DNA of 63,630 nucleotides, filler included, from Dugesia japonica (Eukaryota), in the NCBI GenBank assembly GCA_001938525.1. It is 6 parts of 6 records of this genome, joined end to end, with 100 filler letters (N's around TTAATTAATTAA, not from the genome) between each part and the next. Parts side by side here need not be neighbours in the genome. Positions count along the whole stretch, not along the records: positions 44,414 to 54,879 come from MQRL01579621.1; positions 54,980 to 63,630 come from MQRL01239776.1; 4 more parts are not named here. One strand, given 5' to 3'. Under the pieces are notes generated by a model. It was not told where the DNA came from. It ran no database searches and saw nothing but the letters and a program-made list of their open reading frames with translations. The stretch's first letter is position 1. The number at the start of each line of letters is the position of its first letter. Made by a program: the position numbers and the translations under genes. Of the stretch, positions 52,600-63,630 are shown piece after piece.

Positions 52600-53606
52600 G
52601 CAGAAAATCCCGCAGGTTTTCGTGGTGTAGAAAAATTGATGAAAGCAGCACAAAAATCAAAAACAAAGACAAAAAAGTGGTCATCTGGTCAACTGGCGTA
52701 CAGTTTGAACAAACCAATGTTGAAAAGATTTCCAACAAGAGCATATAACACGTTTGGTATTGATGATTTATGGCAAATGGATTTGATGGAGATGATATCA
52801 TATTCAAAAATAAATAAAGGATACAAGTATATTTTGACATGTATTGATGTATTCAGTCGATTTGCAAGAGTTATTCCAGTCAAATCGAAATCCGCAAATG
52901 AGACGGAACCGGCCATTAAATCAATGTTTAAAGATGGACATCGAGATAATTTACAAACTGATTTGGGTAAGGAATTTTACAACTCTAAAGTCAAACATCG
53001 TTTATCACACCTATCCATAAAACATTATACTGTGTTCTCTCAGTATAAAGCGGCACATGTAGAGCGATTTAATCGTACATTAAGAGATGCTTTGAANNNN
53101 NNNNNNNNNNNNNNNNNNNNNNNNNNNNNNNNNNNNNNNNNNNNNNATGTGTTGTCAAAATTGATTCATAGTTATAATCATTCAAGCCATAAAGGTTTAA
53201 ATGGAGCAAGACTGGTTGATATACGTTCAAACAATTAAAAAAATGGTTATCGCGCAAATAAGAAACCAAAATATAAAGTCGGTGACCGTATTAGAATCTC
53301 AAAAATGAGCGCATCTCCATTCATTAAAAACTTTGATAGTAATTGGAACGATGAAGTGTTTCAAATAACGAAAATCAATACTAAACAAAATCCAGTCATG
53401 TATGTAATTAAAGGTTATGAGAATAATATCATACAAGGAAAGTTTTATGAGCAAGAATTACAAGTCATTGCGCCTCCTACTATATATAGAATCGAAAAAA
53501 TAATAAAATCGAAATGAACAAAAATGAATAAACAATATTATGTAAAATGGTATGGAACTACTTGGATATTAGCATCACAGTTAGTTAATAATGAACAACG
53601 TGAATA
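52600..53606 (+). pseudogene. Polinton c-integrase with C-terminal chromodomain
   Basis: PAGFRGVEKL; GIDDLWQMDL; LTCIDVFSRFA; LQTDLGKEFYN; KAAHVERFNRTLR; YRIEKII...YYVKWYG. Confidence 0.95.
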
Positions 53607-54634
53607 ATTTCTATACACTTTTACCTAGTNNNNNNNNNNNNNNNNNNNNNNNNNNNNNNNNNNNNNNNNNNNNNNNNNNNNNNNNNNNNNNNNNNNNNNN
53701 NNNNNNNNNNNNNNNNNNNTAGCATTGTTGGATTTTACCTTTGTATATCAAACATTTCCATTATATAGCAAATCTAAAATTCAATACACAGCAACGAAAA
53801 CCATAACGAAAGAAGTGACTATAACAATTAATCATAAAGAAAAGTTGTTGAGTGTCAATGAAAATGAACATGTTGCTATACGTGATAGGACCATTATACT
53901 TATATTTTGTGAATGTCCATATGATATCATATTTGAAGATCAAAAATCTGTACGTAAATTAGGATACTTTCATAAGACTAACAGAGAGAATAACAAAGTT
54001 CTTCGTATTTACTTTACTTTATTTAATGATAATTCTCCAATAGAAAATGTAAAATTTAAAATAGAATATACTCAAGTAAGTTCTCATACTATACAGTTGA
54101 AAGATGAAATATACATAACAAAAATTGAAGAATTAAATAAATGTTTAACAGAAAGCGGTTCTGAACTATTTAATACGATTAGTCTTAAAGCAAATAATCT
54201 TTTTCAATTCTCGCTTAAAGAAGATATCAAAACTGTGACACTCGATGAAGTTTTGACAAAAACATTGGGATTGGAAAAACCGCAATATTCATCTGTAGAT
54301 ATGATGAATGGTTTAATCCAAGGTATTAGGAATCCGAAAATAATTAAGTTGCATCAACAAATGTTCATCTATAGTAATATTGTTGAACCTATAATTGTAG
54401 GAGATGTTAAGGTTCCTCTTTTGAAATCGGTATGAATAGAAAAATATGAAACTGATGAAGTAGTACAAGTAATAGTTGATAATCCAATTTATTTACCGAT
54501 TGTAATAACATGTATAAACAATATAGAAATTAATATTCAATTAATATAATTCAATTATTGAAATTAATATTAAATTAATCAAGTTTCCAAAAGATTCAAA
54601 AACACATTTAACTTTACATTTTAGAAAAAACTAA
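53591..54634 (+). pseudogene. Polinton minor capsid (penton-like) protein
   Basis: N-terminal NFYTLLPS; C-terminal MFIYSNIVEPIIVGDVKVPLL...NPIYLP...IEINI...LTLHFRK; stop overlaps the next ATG (TAATG). Confidence 0.85.
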
Positions 54635-54879
54635 TGCCTGATCCTGATATTATATCATTGTATAGTAACAGCCAAGCAGATGGAGAATTGCCTTACTTTG
54701 TAGGAAAACAGTATGGTTCCGGCTGGTTGCGAACAATAGGTAGATTTGCGCTTCCTATTCTTAAACGTATTTGTAGTTTTGGTATGAAAACTGCTCAAGA
54801 TGTTTTAGCCAACAATGGAAAAATATTACCAACATTGAAATCTAATGCATTGGCAGAACTTGGTAATGTAGTGTCTTCG
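54634..54879 (+). CDS. Polinton/adintovirus small virion protein ('Cupiennin'-like), truncated by gap
   Basis: YSNSQADGELPYFVGKQYGSGWLRTIGRFALPILKR: QxGxG motif followed by an amphipathic helix. Confidence 0.75.
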
Positions 54880-54979
54880 NNNNNNNNNNNNNNNNNNNNN
54901 NNNNNNNNNNNNNNNNNNNNNNNTTAATTAATTAANNNNNNNNNNNNNNNNNNNNNNNNNNNNNNNNNNNNNNNNNNNN
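54880..54979. other. Artificial 100-bp contig linker
   Basis: N44-TTAATTAATTAA-N44. Confidence 0.95.
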
Positions 54980-55059
54980 ATGTTTATTGTTTAGTTGATA
55001 CTGGGGCTAAGATTAATGATTGATTATGCAATATTTTTAAAATTAAATATTACTAAAAT

Positions 55060-55535
55060 CAGCGCCAGCTTAAAAGTGCACATTGAAATTTTGCCGCCCC
55101 ATATTATTTTTTTAAATTTTTAATAATAAAAATACTGGAAAAATTTTATTTAATAAATTATTATAATTATTTTTATTTAATATTTAATAGTTCATTTTAT
55201 CCATTAACAATAAATTCAATTCAAATTCAATTTCAGTTCATTAACAATAAAACCTATAATTCAGAAAATAAGAATTAGTAATCTTATCTTCAAGAAATTT
55301 CGAAATCATAATATATACTTATATACTTAAGAATATTGAGTTAAAAACTAATCTTTCGAATCTTTATAGTTAATATTTCTATAGTATCATCTTCATTACT
55401 CACGTCTATGTTCATACTCAGACTCACAGTACAATCAGAAAAAATTCTTGAGGTTTCAACTTCAGATGCTGTGCTTAGAAATTTTGTTAAACTACCTGAT
55501 TGTTTTTTCATGGACATTGCTTTTTCTTGATTTCA
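55060..55535 (-). mobile_element. Possible non-autonomous hAT remnant
   Basis: CAGCGCCAGCTT...TTTTGCCGCCCC terminal-like motifs; KKQSGSLTKFL resembles the N-terminus of ZMYM1-type hAT proteins. Confidence 0.3.
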
Positions 55536-56903
55536 TTCGTACGCAGCCATGATAAGGGTTTGTGATCAGACTGCAGGATAAATTGGTAACCATATAAGTT
55601 AAAATGAAATTTCTCAATCGCGAAAAACAATTGAGTATAATTCTTGTTATATCGTTGACAATCTCTGCTGTGACTCAATTAGCTGCTTTGATTGAAAATC
55701 AATAGGGTGTTCAATATCATAGAACTTTTGAGATAGAACGGCTCCAACTACTTTGTCCAAGGCATCTGTATGAACATAAAATATTTTAGCATGGTCTGCC
55801 GTTCTCAATATAGGTCATGTCATCAGCATCTTTTTTAATTTTTTGAAGCTCTCTTCACATTCTGAATTCGACTTTACTTAGCCACACATCTTCTTGTTTA
55901 GGAGATCTGTTGATGGCGGAGCAATGAGAGTTAAATTATTGATATGAGCCCTATAATAATTCAGCATTCCCATAAACTGGCAAACATCTTTGTTTGATTT
56001 AAGGGGGAGTGGGGGTATTGTATTATTGCAACTTTGTCTGCGATTGGGGAAACCTCTCTATTCCCGAGCATCTTGGAAGAGTTTTATCAGTTTTTTATTC
56101 ACAACGCTATAAATAATTCATCTGCCAGTTTTTCATCGATTCGCACGGTATTTCAATCTGTTATTGCGGATTTAGATTTGAGTGCTGATTGTACGATTAT
56201 GTCTTGCTGATTTATCCATGGGCTCAGAAGATTATTATGAAATGTACTACATCTTTTCTTTGTTCGTTCTGTGTCAACTTAATAGTTAACGTCTCTAATT
56301 TGTTCTACAATTTTATAGGGACACTGCTATCTTGACATAATTTTATTAGCAGATGTCGATAATAAAACTAAAACTTCATTGCTTTGAGCAAATTTTTTAT
56401 CTCTTGATTTTTTATCATAACATTTCTGATTTTTTAAAGTTTTCTTGCTGTAACTTTATTTCTGTAACTTGCAATAATTTATATTTTAAGTTTAACACAA
56501 ATTTGTGGATCTTTGATTCAACTTCCTCTTTACCCAAAATCTCTCTGTAAGCTAACGATAAAAGGGCCTTGGACATCACGGCCAAACAATAGTTCAAAAG
56601 TGCTAAATCCTAAATTTTTATGGACTGAGGAACGATAAGCCTAGCATAACTATGGCAATAATTCATTCCAGTCTTTAACATCGGTATCCTCTGATAATTG
56701 CCTTAGCATTGCCTTTGGAGTACCATGGAATCTTCACATATGCCGTTAGTCTGAGGGTAATGTGGGAATATTCTGATGTGTTTGATGCCAACAAAATTAT
56801 AAAATTGTATAATTATTGAGCTTAAAAAGTTTATTCCCTGATCAGTAAGAATCTCAGTTGGTATACCTACATTACAATAATAATGAGAAAATTTTATTGC
56901 CAA
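55535..56903 (-). mobile_element. Gmr1-type gypsy: integrase followed by RT thumb/RNase H
   Basis: 5' to 3' on minus: GIPTEILTDQGINF...PHYPQTNG...FELLFGRDVQGPL, then FMGMLNYYR...FYVHTDA...GAVLSQ...SDHKPLSWL. Confidence 0.85.
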
Positions 56904-56904
56904 T

Positions 56905-59785
56905 AGAAAATTTAAGCCAATAGAAAGTGATTAAATTGAATATTAAAATTTAATAAATTCTAATTACTTATATGTTTATTTTATCAATTATGTGTTATAG
57001 TAGTAAAATAAATGATGTCTCAAAATATTAGTTCTGATTTGGAAAATAAACTATCAATTGAAGATTTACCTAACATGGTGACAGCGGCAAAACGAGTCAA
57101 AAAGTCAAAAATTACATTTGCAATATTGAAGCGAAATTTGGGAGACAAATTAAAGATTGACAAGAGCCTTAAATACTTTGAAGATTAAATAGGATCAGCG
57201 ATTATTGAAAATAATTAGAAGTAAAGAAGATGCTTTTATGGCAGATAAATGAGATGTAAGACACACACATCTGACAAAACATAAAATAATCACAAGTGGT
57301 GAACCAATCAATGTAAAACTATACAGGCAACCAATAAACTTGGAATCTAAAATTGAAGAAGCTATCCTAAACCTTTTTGAGAATAATATTATCCGAAATT
57401 ACAACTCTTCATGTAATACCCCACTGATTTGTATTTGGAAATAGAAAAAGAAGAACAAAAGAATATTTTTGGATTTCAGAAAATTGAATGCAGTAACAAA
57501 AAGACAAGCGTTTCTATGCCTAATGTCGATGAAATGCTGGACAAGTTAGATGAATCCAAATATTTCATTTCAATAGATTTGGGAAATGCGTACTATCAGG
57601 TAGAGCTCGAAGAAGAATCTCAAGAAAAAACGGCATTTTCAACGAAGTACGGACAATATTGTTTTTATAGAATGCCATTTGGCATAGCAGTGGCACCAGG
57701 TACATTTCAGGAGATGATGACAAAAGTGGTAGGTAGAATCAATGGAGCCATGACAATCTTGACGACATTCTGATATTTACGAGCAACAAAGATCAACGCT
57801 ATGGACTTATTAAAAGAGTATTGATGGAAATAATGAAAGCTGGTTTAAGAATTAATCCAGAAAAGTGTCAGTTTCTTTAAAGCGAAATCAAATTTCTTGG
57901 ACACATTATTAGCAGAGATGGTGTTAGAACTAATCAATCTAAAATAGAAGCAATAAGAACATTTGGCAAGTCTAACTAAGCTTCTTAGGAATTTGTAATA
58001 ACTAAAGGAAGTTTATAGAAAACTACGCAAGAAAATCAAGGAACTTAGAGCAGTTGTGTAGCTGACCTAGCAACAAGAAATTCTAAAGGACAGATAAAAT
58101 AAACGATTCTTTTGAGGGTCTGAAGAAATCTCTAATGACTGCATCAATATTGTGTTTTCCAGACATAAAGAGAAATTTTATGTTAGATACAGATACCGGT
58201 TTTGATACAATTGGAGCAGTATTGTCCTAGAGAGATTAGGAAGGAAGAGAAAGAGTTGTTGCATATATATCACACTCAATGACGAGTGATGAAAAGTTAT
58301 ACTGCATTAAACGAAAGGAGTTATTGGCTGTTTATTATTTCTGGAATATTTTCGGAATATAGAAAAGGAATTCAACATGATAATTCATATATATAATATA
58401 GACCAAGATTTGAAGTATGTTTACAATTTCATTTCAGAAATTAAAATTTTTAGAATTTTCATTTCAAAAACTTTATTATGTAAAAATTAACTTTTTCATT
58501 GATCTGTAAATTAAACAAATATTTTGAAAAACAAATTTCGATAAGTCAAATTTTGAAATAGCCGAAATATTGAACTCTCAATGAAAATAGAAAAACATCG
58601 TTTTTGATCTTTGCAATTGAAAATAAATTTGACTTGTTAAATTTGTTTTCCAAAAACTTTGTTTATGTTTACAATTTCAAGTATCACTTGAAGATGCCAA
58701 GAAAGGGAAGATTAAAACGAGAATACTAAACATAATTGAAAAAGAAAATGAAGAGCAATTAAACCTTTCTTAGGAAACAGATTTAATCAAGAAAATGAAA
58801 ATTCTGTATAACAAAATACATGAAACAATAGAAGAAATACATAAATTATTATGTCATGCAGGAGTTGGAAAAGTGCACGAATATATGAGAAACAAATACA
58901 TTTCGAAGAATTTGTGAAGCCAAATAAAGAAGATAGTTTGTAGTTGTGAAATTTGTCAGAAGATTAAAGTAGTGATAAAAGCAACTAAAAAGAATTCAAA
59001 GATATTAGTGGCTACCAATTTATTTAAAGACGTATTCATAGATATATGTGTGTCAATGCGGGAAACAAGTGGACGAAAAAAATACATTCTTGGAATAATC
59101 GACCAGTACAGTAAATACCTGGATCTTATACCATTGCCTAGACAAGACGAAGAAACAATACGAAAAGCTATTTTTGAAAATTGGATATTGATACTTGGTT
59201 ATCCAAGAGAAATAAGACTAGGTTGTGGAAAAGCTTTTGAATCCAGAGTTATGAAAGAGTTTTCACAGAAGCTAGATATTAAACTTTGTTTTTTGAGTCC
59301 ATATCATCATAATGCAAATGGACAAATTGAGAGACAGTTAAGGACAATTCGAGATTTGAATAATGCAACACTTAAGGAAAGAAAGACAACAGATTGGGCA
59401 AATCTTTTACCGGAAATAAAATTTACAATGAACGCAACAAAGCAGAAGAGGATTGTAAAGAGCCCGGCTGAGATCGTATTTGAAAAGAAAATTAGCAGGC
59501 AAAAGTAGTACGAGTCAGACGTTTCAGATAAAACTAAAGAAAACACTTCAGACGTGATTACTAAAAAAAGTCAAAGTGGGCGATTTTGTACACATCAAGG
59601 TAGAAACAAGAAATAAAAGTCAAGACAGATTTGAAGGACCTTATCGAATAATTGAGAAAATTCATGAAAGGGGGTATGCGGTACTAGGAGAAAATGGGCA
59701 GCGATTAGAAAGAAATGTGGAAAACTTAGAAAGTTTCTTAAGAAGAGGAATATAAGGAAATAATTATATTTTCTAAGAAATAATT
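56905..59785 (+). mobile_element. Ty3/gypsy family A copy 3 (LTR, tRNA-Leu-type PBS, RT, RNase H, integrase, PPT), nested in the Gmr1-type element
   Basis: ...cctaACA TGGTGACAGCGG; SIDLGNAYYQV; MPFGIAVAPGTFQ; HKLLCHAG...CEICQ; GIIDQYSK; SPYHHNANGQIER. Confidence 0.9.
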
Positions 59786-59789
59786 GTCA

Positions 59790-60265
59790 TGTTGTTCTAA
59801 TGTTTGAAAAATCTCTTTAAGCGATTCGTCATTATGTTGTTCAATTTTCAGCTTTTCTGGTTTTATTTCAAAGAATTAACTTTTGTCTTCTGGCAAGTTT
59901 TCAGCTGATATATTTTTAAGAATTTCAGCATCTGAAAAGTATTTGTCAAAGATTTCACGAGGAATATCATCAATCGATAACATCCTCGATTTCTCGTCCA
60001 GTTTACTACACTTTTCTTCCTCATTAGCTTATATCGACTTTGATCTAGTCATTTTCTTACAAATATGGTCGATTCCATTACCTAGTAAAATATCATGCTT
60101 GCTTCCCCTTACAATTGCTCTAGTACTCACAGGTACTCCTTCAATTTCCATTACTGCATTTGCAAAAGGCGCTTCATCAATTTTCCCATTAGCCAAATAA
60201 ACACTCACAGTTTCACTAGATAAATCCAAACTTTGAAGATATCGAGGTTGAATCACAGTTGTTGA
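59790..60265 (-). mobile_element. Gmr1-type gypsy protease and linker (5' part of 55535-56903)
   Basis: VYLANG...PFANAVMEI...DILLGN...MTRSK...LKIEQHNDESL. Confidence 0.65.
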
Positions 60266-61065
60266 TTTCTACAAACTATTAAATAAAGCACTATAAGTTA
60301 AGATAGTGAAGAATTTGAAGAATTGCATAGATCGATGGCTATGTAACAATTAGAAAATTTTGTAACTTATACTAGCAAAGTTACATTTAGGAAAACAATG
60401 GATATTGCAGAAGGACTGAAGACTTTATTGTTAGAAAAGATACCATATGTCTAGATAGACCGAGTTATATTGGTCAGGTCGTTATAGATTTGAGTAAATT
60501 GCGAATGTATAGGCTACGATATGAAGAGTTAGAAAAATACTGTTAATACTTTTATTGCAAAATCGATATTATTGCTAAAGATACGGATAATGTTTTCTTA
60601 TCATGTATTGGAGTAGGTAAAAACCAACTCTTGTCTCAGATGAAATCGGATGGTTCCTTAAATATAAGCAATTACACAGAATATCATCCACTCTCTTCCT
60701 ACAATGTAGCTAAAAGAATTGAATTGTTTAAAGATGAAGGAGAATGTAAAGATTATACTGAATGGGTATTCCTTAGGCCAAAATGTTATAGTTTGAAGAA
60801 AGAAGATGCTAGTGCAACAGTGAAGGTGAAAAAAATTAGCTTTAAACAAACAAATATTAATCATCAAAATTATTTACAATAAAGATGAAAATGGAGAAAA
60901 GGATCCAAATAAGGTTAGGCAGACTAGCGTTCAGTCAATAAATCAAAAGGTTTATACAATAGAGAGTAAGAAACGCGTATGGTCTTGTCTGAATGATAAG
61001 AGCTTTTGGAGCAGAAGAAATACTAGTATGGCTTATAGTTATTGTAAAATTAATAATTCAGTAAT
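60265..61065 (+). pseudogene. Polinton pPolB C-terminal half (AGDTDS-lineage paralogue)
   Basis: FYKLLNKAL; LDRPSYIGQVVIDLSKLRMY; DIIAKDTDN; SNY; FKDEGECKDYTEWVFLRPKCY; NDK. Confidence 0.85.
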
Positions 61066-61249
61066 AAGTATTTAATCGCTGTGTTTTAGTGGCCTCGAAT
61101 AGTGAAAGAAGATGATTTTAGTTTTAATGATGAAATAAATGTTATTTATTTATTATTTTGTTTTTTATTTATTGATCATGTATATTTTAATAAAAAGAAA
61201 GAAAATATTTATTGTTGTTGTTTTAATAAAAGTACAATGATTCTTTAGA

Positions 61250-62440
61250 TTTATTTATATGAATAATAATAATAAGAAATTTGTATTCATAAAATGTAAA
61301 AATTCATGGATATTTCATGAATTTTCTGAATTTAAAGGGATTTATTTTGGTTTTATAAGCGATTTATAAGGGTTTAATAATGGTATTTTATATGATGTTA
61401 TAATATGTTCAAAATTGATTTTTTGGGAATTTTTATTGGTTTTAAGGACTTTATCGAATATTGAATGAATATTTGATGGTTTTGTGGTGTTTCCGTGCAA
61501 TTTAAAGATTCAGAGATTTGAGTGCTGAAATCTGAGTTTTTATATTTTTTACGATATTTTTAGAATTCATGGGGATTTCAATAGTTTATGGGATTTATTG
61601 TGGTTTTATAAGAGCTTTATAATGGTATTTTATAAAAGTTTCATATGATGTTATAATTGGTTTAACATTGTTTTATAGGGGGTTTATGCGGGTTTTAATG
61701 ACCATATCTATTATTTTAATTATTATTTTTATTTAAATGGGTAATATTATTATAATTATTATTAAACATTTAAAGAATGATATTTATAGGAAACCATTGA
61801 AAATAATAGGAAATTACGTAAAAGTACTATAAAACCACGTAAAACACATTAAAACATCATATAGAATACCGTTAAAAAATTTTATAAATACCCCACAAAC
61901 ACCTTAAAATTCATGAAAACAACCATAAATCCATTAACACTTTTGAAAGCCACCGTAAACCCCTTATAACTCATAAAAACACCATAAGTCATTAAAATTC
62001 CCGAAAAATCACACTAAATCACATTTTATGAAACCCTATAAACACCTTATAATTAATCAAAAGACTATAAATCCTTTAAAATTTCCCAATAAATTTCGAC
62101 AAATCCCATAAATTTCATGAATCCTTACATTTTATGAAATCCTCAAAACGCCCTAAAAATTCATGAAAACTTAAAAATTTCACAAAAGTTACCGAAAATC
62201 ACTAATAAATCTCAAAAAATCTATGAAATTACCACGAATCCTTAAACGTCCCGAAAAAATCTCCATAAATCTCATTAAAAATCATGAAATCTTTAAATTT
62301 CATGTATTTTTTCATAAACCCTGGAAATTTCAATAAATCCCAAAAATTTCAAGAAATCTTAATATATCCATTAATATACACAAAATCCCCATAATTCCCT
62401 TAAATTTCATGAAAACCATGTATCAAACCATTAAAATTAT
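61250..62440. repeat. Degenerate repeat arrays in inverted arrangement
   Basis: G/T-rich left arm and C/A-rich right arm; 61283-61310 reverse-complements to about 62113-62140. Confidence 0.6.
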
Positions 62441-62608
62441 TTCCAAGGGGAAATTATTGCATCAACCCCTAGAGTAAATGCGTCCTCTTTCTCTCGACAT
62501 TGTGTATTTTGTACGTTTTTGAGAGTAACTGTAAATACGGTACAACCGAACGATTATTAACTTCATGTTTTCGTATTTTTAAAGTGAAGGATTTGACACC
62601 ATTTTCAG

Positions 62609-63062
62609 TTGATAGTCAACGATAGAGTTGATATTCGTCTTTACGCTGTTTACCCAAAGAATGCAGAATGCTTTTACTTGCGAATATTGTTAATCAACGT
62701 ACGTGAACCGACAGCCTTTCAAGAATTGCCGTTTAATATGCAAACCTCCGAGAAACCAACATGCAATATCAGCAAAATTCTGGAATTGGTAAAGTGCTCC
62801 AATTATGTTCANTCATTATATGGGCGAATGTACTATGGAATACAAAAAGGCATGGGAAGCGCTTTACCGTAAACTAAAAGATTTGAGGAAGTGAACAACG
62901 TTTCAGCGGCGCACTATTTTTAATGTCTGGTGATTTTCGACAAACTTTGCCAGTTATACCACGTTCAACAGCTACTGATGAATTAAATGCTTTTCTCAAA
63001 TCATCAGTTTTATGGCGACATGTGCAAAAGTTAACTTTGAAGACCAAAATGCGTATAGAACT
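62609..63062 (+). mobile_element. Helitron Rep-Helicase fragments (PIF1-like), internally deleted
   Basis: RLYAVYPKNAECFYLRILLINV; LMSGDFRQTLPVIPR...LKSSVLWRHV..LTLKTKMR. Confidence 0.9.
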
Positions 63063-63630
63063 AGAAACAAAAAATATTGTTTATCCAATAGCACATAAAT
63101 AAACAGAATTAAAATACAAACACTTTCTTTCTTTAAGTGGAATCGCAAAGTATGGCAGGTACTCGCTAGTTTTATATAAATATATAAGCAAGATTAATTT
63201 ACTTTCAACTATCACAATAGTTTAATAATATTATTGGAATAATTAGTATTAAAAATTTGATGTACAAACATTTTTACAGCATCCATTCCATCTACATATA
63301 AATATTTGATTTTTAATTATAGTGGAAAAGTAAAATATTTCATACTTATTAGAAATNNNNNNNNNNNNNNNNNNNNNNNNNNNNNNNNNNNNNNNNNNNN
63401 NNNNNNNNNNNNNNNNNNNNNNNNNNNNNNNNNNNNNNNNNNTGTATTTCCATGAGTATTTCAAATTTTGAACGATTCTTTAACTTAAATGCATTACGTT
63501 TTTATTAATTGTATATTATAATTCAAAATACCACTATACTTTTAAATTTGGCAGCTTCCCTAATGTTCTTTCTAAGATTATTAAATATCCATTGTTTTGA
63601 AATAGTAAAATTTCAAAAACAATTGACTAA

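Overview
This is very AT-rich eukaryotic (probably invertebrate animal) repeat-graveyard DNA. It is not one continuous locus: five identical 100-bp spacers (44 N + TTAATTAATTAA + 44 N) join six segments. Almost everything recognisable is a decayed mobile element. LTR and other retroelements: several Ty3/gypsy families (one with the Gmr1-type PR-INT-RT/RH order) and a Penelope-like element. DNA transposons: Tc1, DD39D-type mariner, Tigger/pogo, hAT-Buster and Helitron remnants. There are also many pieces of at least two Polinton/Maverick (adintovirus-like) lineages: pPolB, integrase, A32 ATPase, major and minor capsid, PLA2, DEDD exonuclease, putative core proteins and TIRs. The most striking observation is a TATA-binding-protein (TBP)-like gene at 50734-51160 (-), placed head-to-head with the Polinton packaging ATPase and missed by the ORF track. 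Related observations are TATAAAATG motifs at structural-gene starts, apparently intact genes with 46-47 nt introns in Polinton-derived segments, and transcription-factor motif arrays near element ends. All family calls come from manual translation and motif recognition; no database search was run, and boundaries of decayed elements are approximate.
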